In this document: in pieces, positions 1 to 15,270 of the stretch
Numbering within the stretch: position 1 is the stretch's first letter
How the letters are laid out: every line of letters starts with the position of its first letter
From: Octopus bimaculoides
Taxonomy: Eukaryota
Reading direction: 5' to 3'
Assembly: GCF_001194135.2 (NCBI RefSeq)
Contig: NC_068982.1
Span: 182,999,290 to 183,063,289, forward strand
DNA length: 64,000 nucleotides
The notes under the pieces: model-generated
What the model saw: the letters and a program-made list of their open reading frames with translations, nothing else
Told to the model about the DNA's origin: nothing
Databases searched by the model: none
Program-made: the position numbers and the translations under genes

Positions 1-692
1 ATATATATATATATATATACTGGATAATAAAACGAATATATGCGTTTGTATGTATGCTTACACACACAGACACACACACACACACACACACACAGACACA
101 CACACACAATTGATATACGCGAAATTACGATTTCCTTCATACTCACGTACTCGCTCTCAAAAATACATCTGCAGACAAATGTTTATGAAGACATAAACAT
201 GTTTATGGATACAAAATGTGTGCACAAGTTCACAGAAATGTCAAAAATAATAAATCATTTAGTATACATCAAAAATGTTCTAGCTATTTGAAATAGCATA
301 GGAGTTACCATAGCAACGATAAAGGAGGTATCTCTATATTATTTCTAGATCTTCAAAACAGACGTTATCAATGCAATGGTCCTTTAATTCATCTAAATTA
401 CTCGAGTTACTTTCATCTATTTAGGCTCCTTCGTGTCTAGAATAAGTATTCTACAGAATTGGATGTTTACGAAGCATTACATCTAAAAGTAGAATTGATA
501 TATTGAAGCATTCTGCCAAATAGACTACATATATTAAAAGTATATTTAGCCTCGCTATATAAGAAAGAATTGGAGGTTAAGACCCACATTTAGCAAATTA
601 ATGCAGAAATGCATATACGCCCAAAGCCAATGCGATTACATCTATACTAAGGTTTAACGCTTGAATCAGAGTTGATACTAGTGATTCTCAGC

Positions 693-695
<3 letters not shown>

Positions 696-766
<71 letters not shown>
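696..766. repeat. (GT)n microsatellite (representative of dozens)
   Basis: Read directly from the sequence. Confidence 0.97.
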
Positions 767-770
<4 letters not shown>

Positions 771-1216
771 GCGTGCGTGAGGCGGATGAAGAGAAAGATT
801 ATTTCAAAGTATCAGATGTTATCCGTCTCACTTTTCATTGTTCTTTCAACGAAAGGACTTTTGAAGGAAACAAAACTGAAACGTATCTGTATATCATTGG
901 TTTATAGTGACATACGCTTGCGTTCAGTCAAAGAAGAAAGTTTGAAGGTAAAGCATTTTGAGGCTTTGTTTTCCAAATGTTCTTGATAAACTTTACCATC
1001 TTCTAGATATTTTGTCTCTCAATACTAAACAGAATCTACCTGCCCGAGGGATGACTTATTCTTGTGCCAGACACCAAGCACGTACCTACCTTTCTTTTAA
1101 ACCCTAGACCTGCTGATTGCTCAAGGTGTTTTTTAGGTATTACTAAACACCCTCACTTTCTTGTGCACTTTTGGATATATATCTGTGTCTGTCTGTCTAC
1201 CTATCTATTTATCTAA

Positions 1217-1293
1217 ATAGATAGATAGATAGATAGATAGGTAAATAGGTAGGTAGGTAGGTAGGTAGGTAGGTAGGTAGGTAGGCAGGCAGG

Positions 1294-1384
<91 letters not shown>

Positions 1385-1385
1385 G
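1217..1385. repeat. Compound (AGAT)n/(AGGT)n tetranucleotide repeat
   Basis: Read directly from the sequence. Confidence 0.95.
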
Positions 1386-2691
1386 CAGAAAAGACTTCTT
1401 ATTTTAAGCAACGAAACCCGTACTGGTTGGAATTTAGGAGATTGTAATTCACCACCCTTTCAAACACTTTGATGATATGAGAGGTGAACCAGATAATGGA
1501 TTCTGTCTACTAATCAGCAAAAGGAACAGCCTATCCTTTCGAAGGGTTCCCACATAGTTCCGTTGCAAATTTCATTAACAACGCTTCTGACAACCCAAGA
1601 CTGAGTTAGAAAATACTTTCCTAAATTGATATTTAATGGGATGTAGTGCAAAATCACGATGTTGCGAAGTGATCTTTCTAACAACTACACAATTATACCT
1701 GCACCTATGAACAAAATTAGCAAAAATTGAAAAGAAATGTAGTTCCAGGTAGATTACAAACCGTCGACCATTTGGTTTGTATACTGAATCACTAACTACA
1801 CCATCAGTAGAGATTCCATTATTTTCTAACAAGTTGTTAGGCGAATATCACTTCTGAACAAAATCAGTTGTTTATGTGATTGAACGCCTCTGTGTCATCT
1901 GTATGTGCATATGTGCGAGTATGTCTGGAAGTTTGTATGTACGTACGTATTTATGTATGTATATATGTATGAGTGTGTAACTCTGAATGTGGATGTATGG
2001 CTGTATTAGTGGCATGTGTGTGTCTTCGTATGTCTTTGCATATGTATAATTACAAGAATAACTGTGGAAGATGTGTGCACACACCTCTTTGTTTTTCGTA
2101 TATATTTGTGAGTATACCTGTATGTCTGTGTGTGACTATGTGTAGGTTCTAATGCGTGTGATCTTCTCAGTACGTAAATATATCTCATATGTCAAAATAT
2201 TAAAGCAACTCTTGCATTTAAATATCAATATTGTCTTCCATATTTATATCTTTCCTTCAGGAAAATCTTGATGTTCTTCCATCTATTGTTATCATCCACC
2301 CTTTCTCTTTCTATAGCCATACCTATCTTCATGTCTATCTTTATGTCTTCATATATTTATGGCTTCATATAACCATGTATTGTTATCTTCAATGTTTCAT
2401 ATCTTTATGCCAGCCCATCTTTCTGTTAGTCTTTCTACTTATCACTCTGGTGAAGTATAATAAGATTTCTCTGCCAGTGGGACCAAGGAAATTCACTTTC
2501 CTCTTTCAAATAGCTTTTATGTGTTTGCTTTTCTTTATATTCCGTTCCGTTCTTTATCCGTTTATCTCACTCAGCAGTTTTATTCTTCATCTGTTTAAAT
2601 CCAGACATCATTCATTTATAAAGCCATTTTGGATAGCTTTTATATTATATATTATTCATGAAAAAACACTGTAATTCATACACAATTATAA

Positions 2692-2792
<101 letters not shown>

Positions 2793-2891
2793 CATATATA
2801 TATGTATATATGAATGTATATGTATATACATATATGCATGTATTCATACATACGTATATACAAATGTATATGAATACATTTATATATACAA

Positions 2892-2927
<36 letters not shown>

Positions 2928-3664
2928 GTACAAATATACGTATGTGTTTGGATGTATATATGTATATGTATCTCATTATGCAACAACATACTCACCAACA
3001 GTTAGCATATACAATACACCCACACACAAACACACACTCCTTCTTCCTACCCCCACACACATTCACTGCACTCACGCTTTCATTACAGTCCCCGGTGATA
3101 CCCATCTTCGCACCTATAGCAGCATGTATATAACAACGCGACCCTACTCCCCGACACCTATTACTTTTGTCACCTCTATTCTACCTAACACCTATATCCA
3201 GTATGACAAACATAACATCGTCATACACACACATACAGACATAAACACATATGCATGCGCGCATACACGCTTTTTCACATGCACAAACATACACATTAAA
3301 CATACATACAATAGCTTCATGCATACACATACAGAAGTCTGATAGCTCATATACACCGAAACACACACACAGAAAACAGGGCCACGCACACTTCTACACA
3401 CACACAAACACACACAATATGTACATACACAGTAGCTTCATACACACGAGTATGTGCATGCATGTCTCATAGCCTCGTACACACACACGTAAACACAGAT
3501 ACACACAGCATACAAACATAACAGCTTTATATGTACGCGCGCGCTTGCACTCACACACACACATAAACACACATACTTGGATAACCTCATACACAAACAC
3601 GCATACACAAAAGATAGACTAATGCGCACAAAAAATATGGTCGCTCACACGTGGGCATACACGC

Positions 3665-3938
3665 ATTTGCTGGCACTCCGTCGCTTACGACGTCGAGGGT
3701 TCCAGTTGATCCCATCAACGGAACGGCCTGCTCATGAAATTAACGTGCAAGTGGCTGAGCACTCCACAGACACGTGTACCCTTAACGTAGTTCTCGGGGA
3801 TATTCAGCGTGGCACAGTGTGACAAGGCTGACCCTTTGAATTACAGGCACAACAGAAACAGGAAGTAAGAGTGAGAGAAAGTTGTGGTAAGAGAGTACAG
3901 CAGGGTTCGCCTGCCGGAGCCTCGTGGAGCTTTAGGTA
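3665..3938 (-). mobile_element. Family E SINE, 5'-truncated
   Basis: High-identity reverse complement of 44170-44445. Confidence 0.85.
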
Positions 3939-4691
3939 TACACGCATATACACACGTACAAATACACAGATTATACATTATCTTCATACACACACATACA
4001 CACACATGCATACACACACTCATGCCACTTTCACAATGAGTGCCACTCACTTCACTAGCAACCTCTTTCTATTCCTGGTCATTTTAGCATGCAGTAACCG
4101 TCTAAATGAGACACGTTTTATATTTTACTTTCTCCATTTTTTTCTTTCTTCGTCTCCTTCAGAGGACCGTATGTTCATAAAAGACATTTTCTTCTATTTT
4201 CCTGAACGTAGACCTAATACTTTCTGTGTGTTTCTTGTTTTTAACGTATCTTCGTCTTATTCATAATCTCCGTATCATATATGTGTGTGTGTGTGTGTGT
4301 GTGTAAGTATGTATGTATGAATGTGCATATGTATGTAAATATATATCTGTTTGTGTGTATGTAACTTTGTAAATATATATGCACTAATCTAAGAGATAAA
4401 AATAAGACAACAGACCAACTAATATACATTACCTATTTATAGTCAATGTTTAAAATCGAATGCTTTGTACTCCCTCATGTCATTAGCGCGTAGCCATAAG
4501 CATTGTATAGTCTGAAATATAAAGAGGCTTGGGTGTCTTAGAAATATATGTAACATAAAAAAAAATTAAGAAATAAATATAAATATTTATTTTGGAAAAC
4601 GAGATTTATAAAAATTTATATATATTTATCTATGTAAAAACATAAAATTTGGTGGTGGGGATTTATCAGTTTAATATTAAATACTAATGAA

Positions 4692-4908
4692 GAAACGGTA
4701 GTATGCCAGGCGAAATGCTTAACGGCATTTTGTCTGCCGTTACGTTCTGAGTTCAAATTCCGCCGAGGTTGACTTTACCTTTCATCCTTTCAGGGTCGAT
4801 TAAATAAGTACCAGTTACGCATTAGGGTCGATGTAATCTACTTAATCCCTTTGTCTGTCCTTGTTTCCCCCCCCCCTATGTTTAGCCCCCTGTGGGCAAT
4901 AAAGAAAC
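4692..4908 (+). mobile_element. Family B SINE
   Basis: B box GAGTTCAAATTCC and central gactttgcctttcatcctttcggggtcgat-like domain. About ten copies in the window. Confidence 0.85.
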
Positions 4909-4984
4909 AAATATTAAATACTAATACTAATATTAAATATAATAATACTAAAAGCAAATGATATTAATATTCTTAATATTACTA

Positions 4985-5180
4985 AGGCAGTGTGCTGGAA
5001 GAAGCGTTTGCACGGCATTTCGTCTGTCTTTACGTTCTGAGTTCAAATTCCGTCGTGGTCGATTTTGCCTTTCATTCCTTCGAGGTCGATAAAATGAGTA
5101 CCAGTTGAGCACTGCGGTCGATGTGATCGACCTAACCCCACTCCATCGAAATTGCTGGCCTTGTGCCAAAACTTGAAACC
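4985..5180 (+). mobile_element. Family B SINE (alternative tail)
   Basis: Same head and central domain; tail gccttgtgccaaaa. Confidence 0.8.
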
Positions 5181-8014
5181 AATATTACCAATATTATTCC
5201 GGGAGCCAAATATAAATACTAGCTTAGTGTTTGACACAAACAAAATACATTGCACTCGCCACGCAGTGCCAATACAACCAGCAATAAGCCTGCGACTTGT
5301 TCTGACAGACGTGGAGTTGAAGCACGAAGGATGCGTGTCTCAGGCACCTCCGAAGTGGGTCCAGTAGGGAACAACAGTTAATATTAATAATCGTCACAAT
5401 ATTTTAAATTTTAATTTGTGACTTGTTGTTATTGCTGTTGTTGTTGTTGTTGTTGTTGTTGTTGACTGCGAGTCCCTCGACAGTATCCTGACAGTTAATT
5501 TTCCGCTGATGTTCATTTTCCCGTCTTTCATTGTTGAGTTTACGTCATCCTTGATTCTCATTAGATCTTTCTCTACTGCATTTAGATATCATCATGCTTT
5601 GGCACAGTTGATGGGAAACACATGAGCATGTGTGCACGCGCGTGAATGTGTGTGTGTCAGTATATGTGTTTGTGTGTTGAGAAAAGCTAAAATGTGTTTG
5701 TCACTATTTTCTTAAAACATATGAATTTCAAAATGGCATTCAATTGAATTTGCATTAAATTCCATATACGCTTCGAACTGAATCGATACATTACCAATAT
5801 GGGACTAAAGATTCTCAGAGTAAACAGCAAATCTGATGATTTCAGTTCTTCATTTTTACTTACAGAAAATTTGCTAAGAATCCCATAGTTTGTGTTCAGT
5901 TCTAAGTAATCATGTACCCGTTTAATCAAGGCGCTACACAGCTAATCAATGAGTAAATAGAATGTTGGTTCAGAACGATTTCTACACTGTGCCTGACAAG
6001 TCAATCTTCTATGCTGGTCCAATGATATTTATTTTTGCAATTGATACGACGTACGACTTGTCGTCGTTGTTATATCTGAATTGTTATAATAAAAATTCCT
6101 GATGTTCTCATATTACTCTCCAACTGTGTATTTTCAACAAGCACTCCACGGTATCTCTATTCAATAATTCCTACGATCTGTACACAATGACTGCTCATTT
6201 GATACCCTTCTCAGACTGTACTGCGAATGCTTATTTATACTAACTAGCATGGTTCACTTAGCCAATTACAGGGGTGTGCAGATTCCCCAAACAACAGTAA
6301 TACACTTTAGTAGGGCTGCATTCACAGTGCCATTCTTTTAAATTTAATGAACATATTTCTCTGTGACACAACAAATTCTTTCAGCGAATGAAACTATATT
6401 GTACTATTTTAAACCCTGTGCTGAACTTTACAGAGTTGTCTGCGCATTCTGTAAAATAACTGTTTCTAAATACTCATTTTTCCAACAAGAAATTTTGATT
6501 TAAATATGAACTTGCTTTTCCAAATAGATCTTCAGTTATTTCCACCAAATATTTAGGAACCTCAGTGTCCCTGATCCAAACTATTTATACTGGAATCTTG
6601 TGTACTGTGTCTGCTAGAAACTTGAGTAAAGCCAATTGTTCGTCTAATTTCCTCATACGCGATCTCCAGTAATGTGTACAACCTTTGAGAAAGAGTTAAT
6701 TTTGTATGAAATAAAAAGAAGTGGCATGCGATCCAAGACAGATTTCTCAGTTTAATGCAGTGGTGTCCTTGCGTTTCAATACCTACCTTCCATTCATTTT
6801 GCTTTGTGATATGAATGATCTCTGCATTTAGAAATGTTCAAAGGTTTCTTGTTCATGACAAGAGAAAAAAACTTTTGACAACATCCTTGGCTGTGTCACC
6901 ATGTATATCAAGAATATTTGTAAATTATTCTCTTGGTATGTCTTTGTGACTATGAAGTTAGCATATCTGGAATGGAATCTAAAGAATATGTAAAATACTC
7001 GTTTTCTTTTATTTCAATTTTGATTTCTTTGAAACGTTTCTTCCAAAAGGATTAATTAACTCATCACATTTAGTAGTTATCATAAACCAGGCACGACCTC
7101 TTCCCTTACCACCTCGTATATTCAAGTGGTTATAAATGGGTCATTGGGGAAGTAGGTCTAATGCTAACCTAAAGTTGCCTTTGAGGGTGCATTTAGAACC
7201 CCATTGGTGCTGAGCTAAATATTTGATACTTGTTATAACTCTTTCCTGGAACATTCTGCATTCTGTTATTTTACTGCCAAAAACAGTCAATTCTTGTTAA
7301 ATTTGAATGCATCGTTAAGTCGGCAGATGTTCTGGGGTTTTCTTGTCTTCAGTCCATACGTCGGTTCACATTTTTCCAACCATTATAGCCACTATAAATG
7401 AATAAGCTCTAGTCACGGCTCTCTCGATTAGAATATAACTTACAAATGAAGTAGAACCCAAATGCTTGTCCTGGGTTAGGGAAATAACAACGCCATGTTC
7501 TCTTTCAATGTTTTCGCCATTGAACGAATGGATTTCATTAAACAGGAACTTTGCGAAAAGCCTCTTATGTTGGTCATCAACTTGTTTTCGGTTACAGAGG
7601 AATCACTGTTAAAGTTTTCACAAAACATTATATATGTACCCAGCAATACTACATTGATTTGGAAATCATTTCCACCCGAAGTGCAGGACACGATTGAAAC
7701 AGTTCTTACATACTTTTTACTAACTGTGTCAGATCTTCACGCTTGTATCAATGGAGTCTTTTTTTATTGTTTGTTTCTATTTGATTTGAGCTGTCATCAG
7801 CAGCATAATGCAGAATGTTTATTGTTACCGGTAGAGGTATCTTTTGAAAATGTTGTAAACATCGATCTTATTGCTGAGGTGTATCGCAATAGAACTTCCT
7901 TCTGTTGCTTCTTTTGTTCTCTTTCCTATGGGTTTATGGATTTGAGCTCCTGATTTGTGATGTCAGGCAAATATTTGTTTAGTTCTGAAATACAAAACTA
8001 ACTCAATAAATAAT

Positions 8015-8095
<81 letters not shown>

Positions 8096-8539
8096 AGAAA
8101 ATATAAATATATAAAATATATGAATCAAGATGTACATAGAAATATCCGTGAATCAATAGCCTATGGTATAACTTTGAAATATTACCAAAAAAAAATATGG
8201 AAATTCATTGGTGACTCGAAGCATGTCTTCTTGCACATCAACCTTTCAAATGCTACGTAAACAAACTTTTCTGCAAGATCACTCTAAATGTCTAAAAGCA
8301 CTGTCCAAAATACCACCATTCTCCTGTATTACTGCAGCATGAATACTTTTGCTGAGCAAGAAGAGACGAGAAACAACACTTGGCAACAAAGACACCATTC
8401 AATGAATGATGTTTCGTTGTTGCTGTCACAGCCACTACTCAAGCCCTACCGAACCGGGTTCCGCTTGAATAATTCCTTGCATACCAGACCAATATTTTAC
8501 CCATATTAAACATTTTTGATGAAAAATACAGTTTTGTGC

Positions 8540-8594
<55 letters not shown>

Positions 8595-8812
8595 TCAAAT
8601 CCTCAATGCGATATTAATCTGCTATTAACAATGGTACACAAGCTCTTCGGCTAGATGAACCTTCTGAAGCCAACACTAGCATTCGGGTTATGAAGAGATT
8701 AAGTTTTTCAAATGTTTTTAAGTTACTTGTGGTACCTATTTACAGTATGACGGTAACCATGACAGGTAGAGGTAGATTTAACTAACGAAGATTCATATAA
8801 TAGACGTTGGTG

Positions 8813-9150
8813 GATATAACATATAAGGTGGATATATAACAGATGTTGTTTAATATAACAGATAAGAGTAGATATAACAGGTGAGCGTGGGTGCAAGAGT
8901 TGTGGGTAGGTGTAACAGATTAGAGACTATATGATATGTGATGGTAGACAATGGGTGAGGTGAAGTATAACAGTTGAGGATTTATATAACTTGTGATGCT
9001 GGGTATAACAGGTGAGGGGAGCTGTAACTGGAGAAGGGAAATATTGATTTGGGTAGACATTATGCATGATGGTGGGGGTAGCAATGGAGGGTGGGTATAA
9101 TATGTGAGAGTTGGCGAGGCATACGATAGGTGGGGAGAAATGTAACAGTT
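8813..9150. repeat. Degenerate 19-bp minisatellite
   Basis: TATAAC(AG)/TGTAAC(AG) at 8835, 8854, 8873, 8911, 8966, 8985, 9004 and 9023. Confidence 0.65.
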
Positions 9151-10105
9151 CTAAGTAGACATAGCAGATGTGTTTAAATACGAGAGAAGATATAGAAAGT
9201 CTATAATTACGTGGAATTTTTAGAGACAATCTTTACATGATATCAGGAATCAGAAAGCGATGAAATAAAAAGACTCGTTTGACTTTCTCAAAAGATTAGA
9301 ATAACTCTAAAATCAACAATTTCCTTAGAACTGTTATTCAAAGTTATTCTTCAGTTTATATCTTCACGTCTTTCGTTTTCATTTCTGTCCAGACACCTCT
9401 AATTTCTGAAAGTAATTCTGCATTTTATTTTAACAACTGCCGATCTTGAAATAAATTTCTGCCATGACAGAAATTTAATAAAAGAAATTCTTGAATAATT
9501 TTCGTGGTTTTTAAATAACAAAGTAGATTTTTTATACATAAAAAAACATCGTTTCTTTGTTGCAGTGTTGTTGTGTTGGTGGTGGTGGTGGTGTTATTGT
9601 GTTGAAGTGAATCAAATTACAGCCATATTTATAAATGCACCACAAAGTCTTCCGACTTTTGATCTCTTTTTTATGTTGTTTCATAGCGTACAAAGGTTAT
9701 TGTTAGTGATTAAAACATTACTCTGTAACATATGATCGGTCACATTCACATAAAAGATCGCCTTGCCTCTGACTAGTTCTAACACGAGTGGAAAACACTC
9801 AACACAGGAAGAAATACATTTTTATACGGTCGTTAAAGTCTCTTAAAAATTCGTAACTTCTGTTGTTACTTTTATATTCAACAGTCTTTTGGAAACATCG
9901 CGAATACACTATGTCAGACTACAGTTGTATGGCGTAGTAGTTAGATATTACATTACATTGTCATATCGTAAATTGCTACGTTCGAATCAAGAAATATTCT
10001 TCTCAGTATCTAAAGAAGTGTATTATATTTGTAGTATAGAAAGAAGGATAACAGGGTAACGCCGTTCGTAGGAGAGGCTAGGAAGTGAAAAGACGAGGAT
10101 AAAAT

Positions 10106-10274
10106 ATTCTTTTCTATTCTCGGCACAAGGCCCAAAATTTTGGGGGAGGGGCCAGTCGATTAGATTGACCCCAGAACGCAACTGGTACTTAATTTATCGA
10201 ACTCAGAACGTAAAAACAGACGAAATACCGCTAAGCATTTCGCCCGGCGTGCTAACGTTTCTAGCAGCTCGCCG
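10106..10274 (-). mobile_element. Family B SINE with an internal deletion
   Basis: Reverse-complement homology to family B. Confidence 0.8.
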
Positions 10275-10643
10275 AGGAGGAGGTTGAAATATTGTAACTG
10301 AATAAGTCAGAGTAAGTTATGTCAAGTTAAGAGAAGTTAGAAGAAGTCAATAGTGCTTCAGAACAAGACAAGAAAAGGTGGAAAAACGAGAAAGTGGAAA
10401 CTGAAAATTGAAACATTGAAAATATGAAAATGTGTGAAAGGGTAAGGATATTAATAAACTACACATACTTCAAAAGACCCTCGAAGAAAAAGTTTCTGGA
10501 ACAACGCACAGAATATCAAAACTTCTCAAAAGATTCTCAAAGACTCTCAAAATATTTTGAAGGCTTCTGAGTCATGAAGTTATAAAGTTTTAAAATGTAA
10601 AGGTTTAAAGTAGACAGACAGACAAACAGACAGACTGACAGAC

Positions 10644-10706
<63 letters not shown>

Positions 10707-10928
10707 ACCTACAAGTGGCCTGTAATCTGTAGATAGCTTGTTGCTAGTTATTATGTTAAGTTCACATTTGGGAGCGCTTTTGGATCTAAGATCTTTCGTC
10801 AAACGTTCTTTTTGTTTTATGTGAAGGTTATTGCTGGTATTGGTTAGAGGTTCTGGAAGCAGTAGAAGAATTTCCAGCTATCGAGCTCAACCTGGCGGTT
10901 AAGATGCACCACCACATATTTGTTTTAG

Positions 10929-10995
<67 letters not shown>

Positions 10996-11010
10996 CGCGT
11001 GTGCGCGCGC

Positions 11011-11043
<33 letters not shown>

Positions 11044-11304
11044 GATATAAATAAGATTCAGTTGAATTAGGTTCTTAAATTGAGACACCTCGTTAGGTCG
11101 CAATAATATACACACACAACAATATTATGTAAATATCAAACTTGAGACATAAGTACCGGCCGAATGATATTCTTGCAGTATATGTAGACAATTAGACCCA
11201 GCTGAGTGAAGAAATCTGCTCTAGAGCTATTCAGGCATGTACATTATTTTAAATATAGTGTCCATAATATTTACGAAGCGCAGATTCCGAGACAGGCGAA
11301 TGAA

Positions 11305-11831
11305 ATATAAATGAGTAAAAGTAGAGGTACAGGTGTCAATCCATTACGGTTGTTTCTAACGACTCCTTTAATTGATTAATGAAAACATTATGTCATTGTA
11401 AAGAAACCGTTTTCGTCAGATGAATTCATGAACTTCAAAATAAAGTACATTCAAAACGATTTAACATAGTTTGAAATTCACGGAGCAAAAACATTTTTCA
11501 GTGATTCTGCTCTTTCAGTTGACAGAACGGATTTACCAGAATAGTGAATATTTGATCAGAACAGAGAAATTTAGAGGTCGTAGGGTTTTTAGAAGGGGGA
11601 AGGAATAATTGACCCTAGTGACCCAATTATATCTACTTCTAACAAGAGAGGAGGGCGCAGCTCCATTAGTCTTGGGTTTATCTAGATATTAAGGAATTGT
11701 TTAATATCTACTGATTAGTGGCAAGAAAATGATTTGTGGTCAGGTCAACCTACTAAATTATCAATTAAAGGAGTCGTTAGAAACAGCCGTCATGGATTGA
11801 CACCTGTACGTCTACTGTTACTCATTTATAT
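11305..11831. mobile_element. Non-autonomous element with 72-bp terminal inverted repeats
   Basis: Arms 11305-11376 and 11760-11831 are 68/72 complementary, with TA-rich ends and a non-coding interior. Confidence 0.7.
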
Positions 11832-11835
11832 ATAT

Positions 11836-12060
11836 CTATTCTCTTTACTCTTTTACTCATTTACTTGTTTCAGTCATTTGACTGCGGCCATGCTGAAGCC
11901 CTGCCTTTAGTCAAGCAAATCAACCCCAGGACTTATTCTTTATAAGCCTAGTACTTATTCTATCGGCATCTTTTGCCGAACCGCTAAGTTAATGTGACGT
12001 AAACACACCAGCATCGGTTGTCAAGTGATGTGGGTGGGGGGGATAAACGCAGTCACACAA

Positions 12061-12098
<38 letters not shown>

Positions 12099-12260
12099 GA
12101 CGGGATTCTTTCAGTTTCCGTCTACCAAATCCACTCACAAGGCTTTGGTCAGCCCGAGGCTATAGTAGAAGGCACTCGCCTAAGGTGCCACGCAGTGGGA
12201 CCGAACCCGAAACAATGTGGTTGGGAAGAAATCTTCTTACCACAGAGCCACACCTGCGCC
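11836..12260 (-). mobile_element. Family A tRNA-derived SINE, full length
   Basis: Head GGCGCAGGTGTGGCTCTGTGGTAAG with B box GGGTTCGGTCC, internal (CA/TA)n, tail gactgaaacaagtaaa. Repeated across the window. Confidence 0.85.
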
Positions 12261-12446
12261 TATATATATCTTGGTTTTATCTTGAAGAGTTCGTTAAAGG
12301 AAAGAAAGCGGTAATAAAGAATTATCCAAAATTCTGACGGCCTTCTTTTTCATAATATTACAATATTTATATATATATGCATAAGTATATATATACATAT
12401 ATNNNNNNNNNNNNNNNNNNNNNNNNNNNNNNNNNNNNNNNNNNNN

Positions 12447-12499
<53 letters not shown>

Positions 12500-14415
12500 G
12501 TATGTATATATAGCATATTATAAAAGTATATATATATATAAATAGCCAGGCATCCAATCCTCTTCTTATCAATCGGTCTGCTTTTCATCAGATCACACTA
12601 TACTTTATAACCTCCCATAGAGTAAAGATCAAATGTAGTATAGTACAGTTGTACATTATTCGGTTATATATAAAATATATTTTTAATCTGTCGATTAATC
12701 GCGTAGTTACGCCTTTGAAAAATTCTCGTTTCAAAGCATGTTACTAAGTGCAAAATCAATATTTATAGTTAAGGTATGAATGTTATCAATCAAGGCGGGT
12801 TAGCCGTTCGAGTAGATTACTTGGGTTTATAGAATGAAGACCAGAAATTTTCAAGAACTTCGGAAAGAAAGGAGTATCTAATATAAATCTAAAACAATTG
12901 AAGCGTGAAAAATACATAGCCAAAAATACGCGAAAACTTCGTAGCTGACAGAACGAATTTTGACACCAAATGATAGATTTTAAGTTAACAGCTTTTGTGT
13001 ATTTTTGAATAGCTAATGTCTTCTGCGTTTTAATCGGTTTAGGTTCAACATGGTCTCAGACCAAATCACTTGCCTCTTCACATAAATATTTTCAGCAGTA
13101 AACAGGCTAATATATAAGTAGTGATTTTCGTAAGCTTAACGTATGCTGTATTTTATGTCTAACTTCTTACATTCACATTCGGGTGATCACATCTTTGAAA
13201 AATGTTAGCAGCTTTTTGTATCACCAGATACAAAATAGAGGAAACTATTTACTGATTAGTTTAAAATTATGCTCGAAGGATGTGGCCCCGTAGTTAGAGC
13301 ATTGCACTCACAATCGCAAGATTGTGGTTTTGATTTCTGGACCGGCCAGTGCATTGTGTTTTTGTGCAAAACTCTTCATTTCATTTCATAAGCTATAAAT
13401 AAGTAATCTTACAACAGACTGGCGTCCTTTTTAGGGAGAGCGTTATCTCTGTCATTTATACACCGTGAAACCCAAGTAATTGGCTCGAGGACTCAAGTCA
13501 GTAATATCCATTATACATGAGTCTACACTAAAGCCTCTTCATCCAAATATAAACGTTGTTCTATGAAATTAGCGCTTATGTGTAGATGCACGGAGAATAT
13601 TGACGTTTGTAGTAAAGCTTTTCATTGAACAGAAAATATTTTAAAACCTATATCTTCAGTTCAGTACTACTATAAACAATTAAAAAAATACTCTCTCATC
13701 ACCAAAAAGTGTTTTATTCTTCATCATTCTACAGCATAACACTTCATCCAAATTTTAGAATTTCCTTTCCTGCATTAGCAAGCGATAGCTTTTACAATGT
13801 TATACCAACAAGGTGAAGTTTCGCCCCAAAATTCTTGATATTAGAGTAAGCAATACTGTAACCCAAATACATTTGATTCTGGTGGTATGAAGCTTAACAC
13901 CGTTTCTAACACCAGAACCTAGCATTTCCGCCATCATTCGGTCACGATATTTCCTTTAACGCTAAATTAGAAAGCCTGTTTGCTTCATCGCTTTTACTCA
14001 ATAAAGACATTACCACATTTGCTACGGTTCACAAAGCATCGTAAGGATCTTACGTGGAGAGAAGATTTGTCAACGAATACAAAGGCAGTTCTAACTAATC
14101 TAATTAATTCTCAGGTGTAGTCTGATAAAACGGTACGATGATATTTCTCACTTCGTGCTATATAGTTCGACTTTGAACAAGTTGGCAAATACGTGAAAAT
14201 AAAGCGATAGAACGACCTTACTGGCGTAGCAAGGCGGAAAATCGGGTGCAAGCGAAATATTTATCGAAAACTAAGAAAAGAAATGTGCAGTACAGATGTG
14301 ATTAGGTTGGCGGTTTCATACATATGCACATACACATACAGACAAACACATACACATATCAATGTGAGCATGAACACACGTATGCAATCAAACACACATA
14401 TACACACACACACAC

Positions 14416-14458
<43 letters not shown>

Positions 14459-14462
14459 AAAA

Positions 14463-14498
<36 letters not shown>

Positions 14499-14559
14499 CT
14501 ATAGGTATATTATCTAACATATATATATATTATAGAGTATACAAATATACACACATATG

Positions 14560-14600
<41 letters not shown>

Positions 14601-14633
14601 GACACATACACATAAATACATATACTACTTATG

Positions 14634-14669
<36 letters not shown>

Positions 14670-14998
14670 ATGTATGCACATTCATATACATAAATCGATA
14701 ACTTTTTACAATTTGAAGACAAAAACAGCGGAGAAAATCTCAGTCAAATGAAGTTTTGCCATTCACCGTATTACATATGTGAAACTCTACGTTATTTACT
14801 TCCTACAATGCGCTTCTTTGGAATATTTTCTTCTACCCATTATTGACACATTTATATGTATATTTGCTTGTGTATACGCATGTATGCGTTTGTATATTCC
14901 AATTAATTTATTCTTTTGCGTGCATTTTTCTTTGGAATACACAAACACACACACACGCACATACACACACACACACTCATACATACACACATAGTCAT

Positions 14999-15262
14999 AG
15001 GCGCAAGCGTGGCTGTGTGGTAAGAAGTGGTCTTCCCAACCACACGGTTCCGGGTTCAGTCCCACTGTGAGAAACTTTAGGCAACTGTCTTTTACTATAG
15101 CCTCGGTTCGACCAAATTCTCGTGAATGGATTTGGCAGACGGAAACTGAAAGAAGCCTGTCGTATATGTGAAGTATATGTGTGTATGTGTCTATGTGTGC
15201 ACGTCTTTGCGTTTTTTTTCCTACTGCTTTACAATTAGTGTTGGTTTGGTTAGGTCCTGTAG
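14999..15262 (+). mobile_element. Family A SINE, 5' part (tail resumes at about 16255-16345)
   Basis: Homologous to 11836-12260. Confidence 0.8.
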
Positions 15263-15270
15263 CATACGCT

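Noticed and set aside
1575-1870. Possible Helitron helicase remnant
   Set aside because: Similarity is too weak to separate from chance.
5990-7990. Possible L1/Tx1 or other LINE remnants (QEKKTFDNI, FLIRD)
   Set aside because: Only isolated short motifs with many stops and inconsistent strands; cannot be supported without an HMM search.
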